Source: Pavona decussata
Lineage: Eukaryota
DNA: 64,000 nucleotides
Direction: 5' to 3'
Assembly (NCBI GenBank): GCA_977016875.1
Contig: CDRNST010000221.1
Location: 124,001 to 188,000 of the forward strand
The notes below the pieces were generated by a model. The model searched no databases. It had not been told where the DNA came from and saw only the letters and a program-made list of their open reading frames with translations. The stretch's first letter is position 1. Every line of letters starts with the position of its first letter. The position numbers were made by a program, and so were the translations under genes. Positions 25,019-36,871 of the stretch are shown piece after piece.

Positions 25019-26360
25019 GAAATGAACAACAAATTACAGTGGAATATAAATGCTAAAAAAATTACAATAATAATAGAAATAATTAAGACCATAACAATAG
25101 TAATACAAAATTAAACAGAAAGTTCTAAATTAACGTGTATGACTTGTGCGTTGAGTGTAGGTTTTTCCCAAACTATGTGCAACGCCTCTTTGATTTTAAG
25201 GGCAAACCGCGTGGATGCCTGATCGATGATGGCAAAATTGTCGCGGGAGCATGCAGAGCGACATGCTGACGAAGTCTCCAGATGCTTGAAAATGTGTGAG
25301 GCCCCGTCCGTTTCCAAGTGTTCCCTTACACGTGTGTTGAAATGTCTGGTGGTCTCACCGACATAGCAAGCTGCACAGCCTGCGCACGAAAATTTATAAA
25401 CCACACATGATCAGAGTCCATTGGGGATAGGGTCTTTCACACTAGAGAGACTACCTACTTTGAAAGAGGAAAACGCTAACACTACGTTTGCATTATTACA
25501 ATAGAAATGTGAAAGTCGACTAGAACATTCCGCAAGAAAACATTCACCGGCTTATTAACATGTTTTTCTAGTTTTACCTCATTTTCATACAAAATTGGGC
25601 TAGTCAAGACACTTGTTGACAGAACTCTCAAGATTTGTAACACCTGGCAAGCGTTTATTGAGGACATCGCGTCACTAACATTCATCCTAAAGAAAAACAT
25701 GTATCCTCCCAGGCTAATAGAAAGAATCATTAACCGCAGTGTCACTCAGTATGTAACAGGCAACTATGTAAGATCAACTCGTGAACAAGCGCCTAATACC
25801 TTTTATTTCAAATTACCATACATAGGTTATATTTCTAGCATCGCTCAAAAGGGCATTCGTCGACTTTCACATTTCTATTGTAATAATGCAAATATAGTGT
25901 TGGCGTTTTCCTCTTTCAAAGTAGGTAGCATCTTTAGTGTGAAAGACCCTATCCCCAATGAACTCCGATCATGTGTGGTTTACAAATTTTCGTGCGCAGG
26001 CTGTGCAGCTTGCTATGTCAGTGAGACCACCAGACATTTCAACACACGTGTATGGGAACACTTGGAAACGGACAGGGTCTCACACATCTTCAAGCATCTG
26101 GAGACTTCGTCAGCATGTCGCTCTGCATGCTCCCGCGACAATTTTGCCATCATCGATCAGGCATCCACGCGGTTTGCCCTTAAAATCAAAGAGGCGTTGC
26201 ACATAGTTTGGGAAAAACCTACACTCAACGCACAAGTCATACACGTTAATTTAGAACTTTCTGTTTAATTTTGTATTACTTTTGTTATGGTCTTAATTAT
26301 TTCTATTATTATTGTAATTTTTTTAGCATTTTTATTCCACTGTAATTTGTTGTTCATTTC

Positions 26361-26400
26361 ACACTGAAGATGGCAGAGGCAACTGCCGAAACATGTCTGT
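26361..26400 (+). ncRNA. Minimal type I hammerhead ribozyme motif (Penelope-associated)
   Basis: ACA-CTGAAGA-T-GGCAG(aggcaa)CTGCC-GAAAC-AT-GTC-TGT; CUGAnGA and GAAA core, palindromic ACATGT stem III, GUC site at 26395-26397. Confidence 0.78.
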
Positions 26401-26597
26401 TGTAAAACTCAGGAGTGTCGTGTTTTTCTTAAAATTAACTTATTTAGAGCAGTTACTTGCTACACCTCATGTGCTACATGTTTAAACTAATTACTTATAT
26501 TATTGTTGGCGAGCGTTAGGAAGGCAGCACACTGTTCTCAACAATAGCGGAGAAAATCCAAAATTTGTCGGATGTTTCATATTGTATTGTCAGTGTA

Positions 26598-29500
26598 AGT
26601 TAAGAAGACAGAAAACGAACTGGTGTGCGCGCGGATAGAGCGTGCTCACCAATAGAGACATTTGAATTATCGTAAGCATTTAAGCGGCCTTCACACGGCA
26701 AACTAAAGTTGGCAAACTTGTGTTGGCAAACTCAAGTTGGTGTGTGTGAACGGCAAAAAAAACAGTCGGCAAGTTGATAAACTGTTGGCGCCAAATAGAA
26801 CTTGCCTCTATTCTTGCCAACTTTTTCACCAACTTTTTCGTGTTGGTAAACTCGTATTTGACGTGTGAACGGTTGGTAAACGTGTGTTCGTGACTGTCAA
26901 CCAATCAAAACACGCGCTCTTTTCACGTGATTTGCGTGGCACTTCACAAAATGGTGGACGGACGTGTAGACGAACGTGCAACTTTTCGATTAATCGAGGA
27001 AGTTCAAAACTGTCCAGATCTTTGGGACGTTTCGTCTGCAGCGCATAAAGACACAAAAAACAAGCAGAAGAAAATGGAAGAACTAGCGGAGAAACTGGGG
27101 TTAAAAGGCGGTAAGTAAAGGATGGGATTTCTACTGATATAAGGTTTCGTCCAAAACTTTCTATTTTTCCAGCGCTTTCTGTTTCTTCTTCGGCGAATAA
27201 CATACAATAGGACCAAGACACAAGCGGCAACTCTTCGTGAGTGCCACTGCTCTGCGACGGTTTTGTTGCAAATTTAGCGCGTGTTGTGATTTGACGCGAG
27301 TTTGACGTGTGAAGGCACGAGTTTGCCAACTTTTTGAAGTTCGCCAACACGAGTTTGCCAACTTAAGCTTGCCGTGTGAAGGCCGCTTAAGAGTTTCGTA
27401 AGTTACGCGTACGATTGTCGCATGTGCGAGATGTTTTTTTTTTTTTTGGAGGGGGGGGGGGGGGGGGTTTATTTTGGTAAAGTTTAGTACCAACCGCGTT
27501 ACCGTTTTTGAGGTTTTTTTTTTGTTGCCGGTTACCCTACCGTTTTTTTTAGAAGAGTTTTGCGCAACCGCTTGCGAATATTTTCTGGCGACCACGACGG
27601 GAGAAAGGTGTAAACTGGTGTTTGTTTTGAGGTCTCGTTTGTGAAATGAGTTTCGAGTTGTGCGTTATGGCATCAGATACCGACTATACGAATTTACCGA
27701 GAAAACGAGGAAACTAAACTGAGTGGAGTCGACAAAAGGAAGGAAATGGACATTCTGTTGATACAGATAAAGAGTCGAAAACGTACCACAAAAACGAAAA
27801 TTTCGAAACTGCCACACGAGCTGGAAAGACTGCGTAAAGGAATCCGAAGTAACCATCATCGAAAGTGCGATTGAGCAGCTGTGGGCAGCCCAAGAAAATG
27901 CACAGGAAATTTTAGAGGAACTGTCCGCATTCTATTTCGAAGTGGGAGACGATTCTGGGAAAAACGAAGCTTTTGAAGAGTCCGAAACAATCGCAAAAAA
28001 AGTACAAAAAGCGATTGAAGCAGGACAAGATGCAATAAAAGTCCGCGCGGCCAAAACTGTGAACATAAGTAGGTCTTCAAGCGAGAACACGATGGATCGC
28101 TCCGAGCAGCCAGTCGGACAATATCAGCTAAATGAAAGTCATGGCAATCATGACGACCGAAACCGATTGTTGAAGCCGTTAAAGATTCCTACGTTCAATG
28201 GTGACAAACGAAAGTTTGAAGATTTCTGGGCCCTCTTCAGAAGTCTATCAGACGAGTCAACCGAGCCACCGATCTGAAAATGGCAAGGCTGCGACAATGC
28301 CTCACAGGGAACGCCTTGGAAGCCATTCGCGGTATCGGAGTCACTGCTCCCGAATACGAGGAGGCCAAAGAGATATTAAAAACGAAGTATGGTGGTGAGC
28401 GACGGCTTCTGCGAGCCTACATGGATCAACTAGAAGAGATGCCATTCATTAGAAGTAACGATATTCAGACCCTGGAGAGGTTTGCTGACCTTGTTAGAAT
28501 TACGTTGGTAAAATTACGGGCGGAAGGAAGAGACGGAGAGCTAGAAGATGGAACCCTTCATAGCTTGCTGTTAAAGAAGTTGCCTGAATGAACGTCAGGT
28601 AGAGAATTACAGCCGCTGGTTAAACGAACGCGCCAGAGAAAAATCAGTGGTAGCTGTCAGAGGCTGGCTTAAAGACGAGGTCAGATCCCTAGTTCCTAAT
28701 CAAAGCGGCGGAAATGGTGAACGGGAATGAATCGAAACCAGTCGAGTACGCAAGACCTCCTACAGCATCAAAGTACCAGGATCAGAGCAGGATACGAAAT
28801 TTTCATACCGCTACGACGAGAAATAAGCCAAGGATCACGAAGCCTCCCTCTTCCCTCTGTAGTAGTCTCGATCACGGTTTGTGGTTTTATAAGCAGTTCT
28901 ATGAAAAAGGGGTAGACCGTTGGCAGATTGCTAAAGAAAGAAATCTGTGTTTTCGTTGCCTTGCCTCTGATCATAGGGGAAAGACTGTAGAAAGGCCCGC
29001 ATATGTGGAATCGAATCATCACCGCCTTCTTCCTTGAAGTGAAGTGTTGGCAGAAACCGGACCGATGACTACGTTACCCAATGTTGCCGGACTATGGGAG
29101 AGGCCAAGTTGTTCCACGGGAGGGGGCGCCCGCAGTGACTCTGACCAGCTGTTATGTCAAAACGCTCACTGAGTCTTATTCGTTACGAACTGTCCCTGTG
29201 TAGATGAAGGCTAATGGTAGAAAATTAAAGATAAACGCTATTCTAGACGACGCATCGAACGAAACTTTCTTAAACGATTGAGTTGCTGGGGTACTTAGAC
29301 TGCAAGAACCTTTTCAGAAAGTTCACGTTTATGTTATCAACGATACAGTGGAAACCTTTCAGCCCATGCCGTTAAAGATTAAAGCAGAAACTGTCGATGG
29401 GAGGTTTTCAAAAGAAATCAGCGTAAAAACGTGCCTGCAGACAGTGACAGGCAATTACAGAGTCGTGAACCGGATCGAACATCAGAATAAACGGCCTCAC

Positions 29501-30116
29501 CTGATCCTGTGCAGTTTTACCAAGCCAGCAAACGATGGAGTTGTCGATCTTTTGATTGGAATTGATCACTGTGTTTGCGGGGAGGAGACCCTACTTAATT
29601 CCCATCCGTTGACTTATCAGAGTTCAGACCCGCGAGACGATGTTCCATTGACCCCTAACCATTTCGTGCATTGCCAAATAGCAGGACAGTTCCCCCTGAT
29701 TCTGTTAAAACCACTACTTTTCACCCGCGTCAAAGATGGCGAAAGGTTCAGGACATTATTTCACGAGTGTGGAGGGGATGGCTCAAAAAATGTGTTCCTG
29801 CCCTCAACAGCCGACCAAAGTGCACTTTAGAAATCCGAGACCCAAAAGTTGGGAATGTAGTTCTTGTGATGCAGCCCGATACTCCAAGAGGACGTTGGCC
29901 ATTAGGGCGAATTGTTGAAGTATATCCCGGACGTGATAGCCACACCCGTGTGGCTAAAGTTGCGTGTGGAATAAAGACTGTCGTTAGACCAATTAACAAA
30001 ACTGATTCCTCTTGGAATCAATTGCTAATTAGTTATTTAAAAATACACCAGGACTACCTCCCAGTGTTGGGAGGGGGAATGTTAAGAAGACAAAAAAACG
30101 AACTGGCGTGCGCGCA
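26598..30116 (+). mobile_element. Degenerate, internally deleted BEL/Pao LTR retrotransposon
   Basis: LTR start gttaagaagaca..aacgaactgg.gtgcgcgc at 26598 and 30080; PBS-like TGGCATCAG at 27668; PPT gggagggggaa before 30080; gag (LKIPTFNGD..F..FW..F, LRQCLTGNA, CFRCL..DH), protease (INAILDDAS), integrase C-terminus (LNS.PL..LTPNHF; RWRKVQ..WPLGRIVEVYPG); many stops and frameshifts. Confidence 0.88.
26684..27386. mobile_element. Non-autonomous PIF/Harbinger deletion derivative inserted in the BEL 5' LTR
   Basis: TIRs gcggccttcacacggcaa..gttggcaaact / agtttgccaac..ttgccgtgtgaaggccgc flanked by TTAA; MADF-like ORF start (LIEEVQNCPDLWD..HKD..K, +, 26951-27110) and transposase-like N-terminus (RRRRNRKRW..FWTKPYI, -). 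Confidence 0.8.
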
Positions 30117-31399
30117 GCACAAAAAAAGTATATATAAATAAATTTTAAAAATCGGACAGATGTTATAAAGTTGTCACTAACGAGATTACTTTCGCGGCAA
30201 ATGACCTCACCCGCGAGCTTTCGTTGTACAGTGATTGAATAGAGTCATGTCTTATCGTTTTACTTTCGAATATCTCGTATTTTGATCCGAAGGTTATTTC
30301 GTTGATTCGGCGCCATACGTTCTGTGGTTGTCGCCTGAATTTTACTTGCTTTCCCTTGCTGATCGAAAACAGTTTTAAAGCTGCCGTATCTACCATACCG
30401 GTCTTGTGTTAGAAAATGTGACTGTAACGAGATCGGTTTCCTGCGTATTTCTTTCCATTGCAGTTGACTCCAGGGGAGCTGATGTTTTATTGGTTCGCGG
30501 TATCGTGGGGTGAGAAAATCTACTGGGGAGGTGTGAGGTGTTAGCGCGTTCGCGAATCATGTTTTAAAGAATTTGTCGGTTTTGAAGGGTGATGGGTAAT
30601 TGAAAAATCTTAAATATCTCTGCTGCGGCACCGTTTTATGTAATGCGTCCCTCCACTTTTTAGCTCCACGGACTTTACACTTGGATAGCTAAGTAACCAA
30701 TCAGCTTCACACCGTTCTGTTGATTGATCCTCTGCCATTGATAAGAAACAGTTGTTTGGATTCAGCGCCCGCGTTCGATATCCGATACGTTGACTTCATG
30801 TGAATGATGCACGGTAGTTTCACCTTCTGAGGGCTACCGGCACTTTCGAAGCAAACAAATTCCCCAAATTATATTTTCCAAATTCTACAAATATTAAGCT
30901 TTGTATTGATGTCTAGGTTGCTATCGTTTACTTAAAGGTCACGCGGCTACGAATTTTATGCCGACGGATACCACGCGAAGGTCGGTCATAACATAAAATT
31001 AAATGGGGCTAAGTAATCTCGTTAAGTAATAGACCTTATTCGCTCTATATGCTAGATGTCCATCACAAAGCACGTGATATTCTCAGGAAAATCGATCCTT
31101 TGTCTTTTTGGAAGTAAAAAAAAAATGCATGCCATGGGTTTCCGTTTTCACACCTTCACATTACTTTCTTCCTAATTTCTGTTCTTTGTGTTCAATTAAT
31201 ATGAGGAGATAAAGAAACTTGAAACTTGAACTTGAAAATGTGACCGATTCTAAAAGTGACTACTCCCTAGAGTACGGTCTTGTGATTTGTAATGGGGCAA
31301 GAAAACAACGGAGCGAATGAGGCCTATTAAAAGTAATAGTGAGTGAAAAATCAGAACTGCTGGTATCATGCACTACGTACAAAATCTGTTAATACACAC

Positions 31400-31510
31400 C
31401 TGAAACCGAGCAAGAGTTTCACTATGCAGTTTCTCTGTTCCATAACTGTTCTCGTCGTAAAGAAATTTAATCTGACTCGCTCCTGCATCTTCCGCATTTT
31501 GGACGAGCTC
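31400..31510 (-). CDS. SACS: Sacsin-like gene 1 exon (ELVQNAEDA ATPase motif I); absent from the ORF track
   Basis: ttttag|GAG CTC GTC CAA AAT GCG GAA GAT GCA ... TTT CAG|gtgtgt; [37 protein letters not shown]; 111 nt, phase 0-0. Confidence 0.92.
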
Positions 31511-31798
31511 CTAAAACAACACATGCATTTAGTTGCGTCAAATTGAACTACACAGAAGCAGTTTCTCGTGGAACTGTTTTTATGACATCGCTGCGGTATG
31601 TGTTAAAAGGCACGCTTACAAAGATTTTAAATTTTCCCGTTTGATCTTCCATTTAAATGAACATCCTGCAACTTCTTAGACTATCTCACTTTCTTGCACG
31701 TCACGGAAAACAAACATAAAGTTATATGACGTCTGATAAGTAATCAAGAAGTAATTTCCACATCACATGGCATCATTCCTTCATGGCTCTGACTTTAA

Positions 31799-32412
31799 AG
31801 AGGCAGTGTCACCTATTTTACTGTCACTTTGATTGGCCAAAAAACATATTTGAATCCGTGGAATCGTTAAAACAATGGTTCAGTTTTATTAATTTTAGGG
31901 AGCTTAAGCAACGACGACGGCAACGGCAACGAAAACGTCACCTGAAAATATATCTTTATTTCATTTGTGTTACTTCGAGATTATTTCAACTCGCTCAACT
32001 TTTACAAAACTGGCGAACTATCCAGGAACCAAATTGGTAGGAGTGGCGTACAAGTTAAGAAAGAAAATGAAAATCTAACTGTCGTGCGTTCACGTTCTCC
32101 ACAAAACCGTAAATGTGGTCACTTCACGTTGTTGCTTTGCAGAGGACGACACAGAAATCTACCAAAATGTAAAACGCACGTGCAGAGCGATTGATTTTGT
32201 TCATTAAACCTATTGTTTTGCGGCGTTGTAGTTGCCGTCGCCGTCGTCGTTGCTTAAGCTCCCTAATATCCCTACAAGTACAAAGAACCTAGTATTAATT
32301 TTGTTTGGCTGCAGATGGCTAGGATGGAAATGGATTGCAACCAATGTTTTCAAGACTTTTCGTCTAATATTTGAAGCAGTTTTGACCAAAATACAGCCGT
32401 GAAAGTGCCCCT
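31799..32412. mobile_element. Degenerate TTAA-flanked MITE hosting a nested element
   Basis: Imperfect TIRs ttaa-agaggcagtgtcac / gtgaaagtgcccct-tcaa. Confidence 0.45.
31898..32263. mobile_element. MITE with TA target duplication
   Basis: TA-gggagcttaagcaacgacgacggc ... gccgtcgtcgttgcttaagctccc-TA. Confidence 0.88.
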
Positions 32413-32416
32413 TCAA

Positions 32417-32940
32417 CCCTATCTAGACTGCGGGGTTGAGGAGGGGGGAGGAGAGGGTGGGGGTTGTTCCCGCGGCGACTTTCAACTCTGAATAACGTTT
32501 TTTAATATTTGAGCAAACGCCACGCCCTGAGACTTCATGACTTTGTTCAGAACTTTATCTGCGAAAAATTTGGTGTGGTCGGTTAATATTGATTGACTTC
32601 AATGTTACCATGGCAACAAATGTTTGACAGGCAGCTTTTTCAGAAAATAGCGTTATTGGTTTTCATTGCTCTCTGTCCAATTTTGGCGCTTTCCTGAGGT
32701 TTGAGAAAATCCAGAAATCCAAGATGGCGGCCACTTGGCAATCATGACCTAATTACCACTTGATATGACGTTGTCTCTTCGCGTTGCGGACCTAAAAGGA
32801 GACAAATTTGGACGTACTACCTATTCTCCAAGTCTCATTGTCATACCCTTTATACTTGCGAAGTTATGGAGGGAGGAATTCGCCCCCTCCCCCCGGCCCC
32901 AAGAGACCAAAAAAAGGGGGAAAAACCGGTCTAGATAGGG
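32417..32940. mobile_element. piggyBac-like MITE
   Basis: TIRs ccctatctagac / gtctagataggg; flanks tcaa and ttaa. Confidence 0.75.
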
Positions 32941-33456
32941 TTAAGGTAAAGATTTTTTTTATACAATAGACCCTTGCTTTTTAATTGCTATAGCTTCGTT
33001 TCAAACGTTGTGGACTTTGCCTTCTGTTTTCCTTTTTGTGTTTTTTATTTGCCATGAACTTGTTTTTGTTAGAACAGACAATCCATGAATTGTCAGAAGG
33101 CTATTTTTTTAATAATTTAACATTTTCTGTCAAAACAAGAGCAAGTTTATTTGGACAATTTCTCATTTAAAGAATATCAGCTGATTGCCTTGTGGCAGAA
33201 AACATTCAAAAAGTGGTTATTGCTAAATTATATTCAATACACCTTTTATAAAATAGATATCAGGTATGTACTTTATCTTATTTTTTGTGTCATTTATTTT
33301 TGGTTTACTTTCACTTTCTTTAAAATTGCTTTCCTTAACATCAATTACGACCTTAACAATATTAATCATTAAAAACAACAACAACAAAAGTAAAGACTAC
33401 CAAACACAACTAAAATCTCCCACAACTGAAAGAAGTATCGTAAGGCAAGGATCTAC

Positions 33457-33569
33457 CTTTAGTATCTGCCCATCATCTGGGTACTGATCTAGGATTTGCT
33501 TCAACTGCTTTATGAGTGATGGCTGAATAAAATCAAACTCTTCATCATCGCTGTCTAGTTCTGGATCCA
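33457..33569 (-). CDS. SACS: Sacsin-like gene 1 first main coding exon
   Basis: tttgtag|TG GAT CCA ... CTA AAG|gtagat; (M)DPELDSDDEEFDFIQPSLIKQLKQILDQYPDDGQILK, the typical start of a sacsin repeat. Confidence 0.9.
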
Positions 33570-34693
33570 CTACAAAACACCACACAATAAAACACAATTG
33601 AACCTCTTCCTGTGCTCATACACCTTTAATAGGTAAACAGCCACAGACTAAATGCATTACTGTTTCTTAACCAGATTTCCCAAGCAAGGAATCCAATATA
33701 AAGATTGGGGTGACAGCCTCCATCAAGTGAATTCTCTTTTTCTTATAACAGGCAATTTAGTCCCTTGTTCCCCACAACTTCCCTTAATTCCCTTATGAGA
33801 CACAGGCTGGGATATTTGTCCTCCAACATTTAGTCCCCCACCCCATCCCTGAGTATCTCTGCGCTTTCTCAAACCCTAAGCTGGGAGAATAGGGAGGAAG
33901 ATGGTGGCCGGGGAAGCCCAGATAATCTTTTTTTCTGTCTTTTGCCAAAGAGCTGTCCGCCAACATTACAACTAACAAGAGAAACCTGTGCTATAAATAT
34001 TTGGGGGATTAAGATATGCAAAATCTTCATTCTGTCAGGGTAGTGATGTGTGTGTGGAAAGAAATGGGACCCCTATTCAGGTTTCCAAATTGTAAGAGGT
34101 TTTTTCTATTTGTTTTACTGACCGCGGGAGTTGCTAACAAATCAGACGAGTCATTTGAGAAGATGCTAGGATAAATAACACAAGGCTCTAGTCAGCAGGG
34201 CCTGCGTCTGGGATGTCATTAGACCACGGGGGGTCTAATGGGGGGGGGGGGGGGGGCGGAGGGGATAGTGTTGGTGGGCAACTGTTTGCTTGAACTTGAA
34301 AACTAAACTTAAAGGAAGAACTGGGACTGAAGACAGTGGTTTCCACATATTTGATATCATCTATCGATGGTGAAGCACTCAAGTGAATGCTATGGCAAGG
34401 CGTAATTGACTGGTACTTATATTTTCAACAGAGAAGCAAGGCTTTTGATTATACACCAGGGACAGTTTTGTTCGTTTCTACTAGACACTTTGTTATAAAC
34501 TCTTAGAAAAAACGAGACTTAGTCAGCTGCTAGCTAAACACCTTAAACAAGTTTAAACTGAATCTTATTTCAGTTTTGTCTATCAAAATAGCTCCACAAT
34601 AGCCCATGAAAATTATTGCGCATTGTGCACTGCACCTTTATCAATGCTAACCGGTCACATACCGTGTTGTGTTGTACAGAAATTACGTTCCCT

Positions 34694-34973
34694 TGACCCC
34701 TACAGCGACCAGCAGAAGGGGCCATAATTTTCTTTTAAATGAAAGGTTTTATTAGCTTAATATTGAGGTTGCTAGGAACAAAGCTGGTTGTTGTAACGAC
34801 CGAAACCCGACCAAATACAAGCTTTATGTGCTGACCCCTACAGCGACCAGCAGAAGGGGCCATCATTTTCTTTTAAATCGAAAGGTTTTATTAGCTTAAT
34901 ATTAAGGTTGCTAGGAAACAAAGCTGGTTGTTGTGACGACCAAAACCCGACCAAATACACAGCTTTATGTGCT
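34694..34973. repeat. Tandem duplication, ~138 bp x2
   Basis: tgacccctacagcgaccagcagaaggggccat... starts at 34694 and 34832. Confidence 0.9.
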
Positions 34974-35094
34974 CTTGTGGCTAAAAACGTATCCCTCATA
35001 TATATTGCAAAATTAAAGGTCTTATTAATAAATGTACAGCATGTAGTCACATGGCTCACCCTTGCATCATAAGGAAAAATTAATTTTTACTCAC

Positions 35095-35142
35095 TCGTAA
35101 TCACCGGAAGCCAGAGTCCTTAAACTGTTCGGTAATCATGAC
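35095..35142 (-). other. 48-nt 5'UTR exon of gene 1 with a 12-codon uORF; supplies the A of the split ATG
   Basis: Polypyrimidine tract tctttctttccctgctag|G and donor TTACGA|gtgagt; A + TG from the next exon gives ACG ATG G. Confidence 0.65.
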
Positions 35143-35591
35143 CTAGCAGGGAAAGAAAGAAATTTACGATGTTAGGTATGATATATTCAGCCATTTATTC
35201 TATGTGACAACTAATCTATTCTAATCTATTTTCCAAATAGTTGGCCTCGACACAGCAATTTTAATTGAGGCTTCGAGAGTAAATATTTTGGAAAAATGAA
35301 TTGAACGTTTCCTGAACTAAGAAAGCCGTGTCTAAGGCGATAGAGTGTCGTGTACAGGTCCTGAAAGTTCAGTCCTGGGCATGGTTAATCGGCTGTGATC
35401 GTGGACGCGACTCGTTCTTGATCGTGCATACCATTAAATAAGTCCACAACATGACTCTAACTTTTGGCAAAGGAAAAGGATCTTTGAATTTTAATTCCTT
35501 CAGCATTTTCTGAACAAGAGTTAAAGCCAGCAATCCCAGCCGGTGAATCATGAAGGAGTGAATGGCATTAGCCGACGAACAGAGCTACCAA

Positions 35592-36240
35592 AAATGAGGT
35601 GTGCGCATATAGCGGAATCTATATTTCAGGAAGTGATTATGTTCACTCTTGACCGATTTTGTTTTCCAATTTCCATCACCATTTAAAGAACATCTCAAGT
35701 CGGCCGTAAACATACACCTTGCAAAATCTCTTATCCCTCATCGCAATATCTGCGAAGAATAAAACGCAATTCTTAATTTCTCGAAACCGTTATAGCAACG
35801 AAGAAACCGTGAGAGGTGTTCGTTGCTGGGCATGTTTCCAAATTTTGATACACCGACGTTATTCATCCACTTTTGTCGCGAAATTAACATTTCCACGAAG
35901 CGCTAGCAGCTGAAATTATGACTGAATGGCCGAAGCTCTCGAATCAAGGCAATAAATGACTTAACTGACTTACCCAAAACCTTCACATGCAATAACTCTT
36001 CGTCTGTTGTTAGTCAAAACAAGCTTGCCGGTGTTTCTCGGAATTTCACTGCAATTTTTAAAGCTTCCTTTTTCCCGGAATCGACAGGTGAAAAAACCGT
36101 GGAAGTCACGTGAATAGATTTCTCGGAATAATACACGCCTCACATCCAGTGTAAAGGTAGAAATTTAAGGGGAAACGTTCATGTTAAATTGAAATCTTTG
36201 ACGGAGTCTTAATGTGTATTTTAAGCCTTTTTTACGATTA
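35592..36240 (-). promoter_or_regulatory. Promoter/first-exon module copy 1 (three GAS-type sites, E-box, donor)
   Basis: TTCTCGGAA 36035-36043, TTCCCGGAA 36072-36080, GTCACGTGA 36105-36113, TTCTCGGAA 36120-36128; minus-strand GTAAGT donor at 35973-35968. Confidence 0.65.
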
Positions 36241-36276
36241 ATGTATTTCTGTTGTTGAAGACGGACGAGATGCTAG

Positions 36277-36871
36277 AAATGAGGCGTGCGCATATAGCAG
36301 AATCTATATTTCAGGAAGTGATTATGTTCACTCTTGACCGATTTTGTTTTCCAATTTCCATCACCATTAAAAGAACATCTCAAGTCGGCCGCAAACATAC
36401 ACCTTGCAAAATATCTTATCCCTCATCGCAATAGCTGCGAAGAGTAGAACGCAGTTATAGTTATCAATTTTTGGAAACCGTTATAGTGACGAAGATACTG
36501 TGGGAGGTGTTCGTTGCTGGGCAAGTTTCCAAGTTTTAATACAACAGCATTATTCATCCACTTTTGTTGCGAAAAATTTCCACGGAGCGCTAGCAGCTGG
36601 AATTTTGACTAAATGGCCGAAACTCTCGAATCAAGGCAATAAATGACTGAACTGACTTACCCAAAGCCTTCACATGCAAGAACTATTCGTCTGTCGTTAG
36701 TCAACACAAGCTTGCCGGTGTTTCTCAGAATTTTACGGCAATTTAATAAGCTTCCTTTTCCCGAAATCGACAGGTGAACAAACTGTGGAAGTCACGTGAA
36801 TGGATTTCTCGGAATACTACACTCACATCTGATGTAAAGGTAGAAATTTAAGGGGAAAAGATTTATATTAA
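36277..36871 (-). promoter_or_regulatory. Promoter/first-exon module copy 2 (recent tandem duplicate of copy 1)
   Basis: High similarity to 35592-36190; TTCTCAGAA 36722-36730, GTCACGTGA 36791-36799, TTCTCGGAA 36806-36814; GTAAGT donor at 36660-36655. Confidence 0.65.

Larger units (their letters stand above)
24936..26438. mobile_element. 5'-truncated Penelope-like retroelement with inverted duplication of its 3' end
   Basis: Arms 24936-25520 (-) and 25859-26438 (+) are inverted copies; + frame from ~25522 encodes RT C-terminus (RKKTFTGL..YKIGLVKTLVDR..IC) then GIY-YIG endonuclease (VVYKFSCAGCAACYV(G/S)ETTRHFNTRV.EH..KEALHI..KPTLN). Confidence 0.9.
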
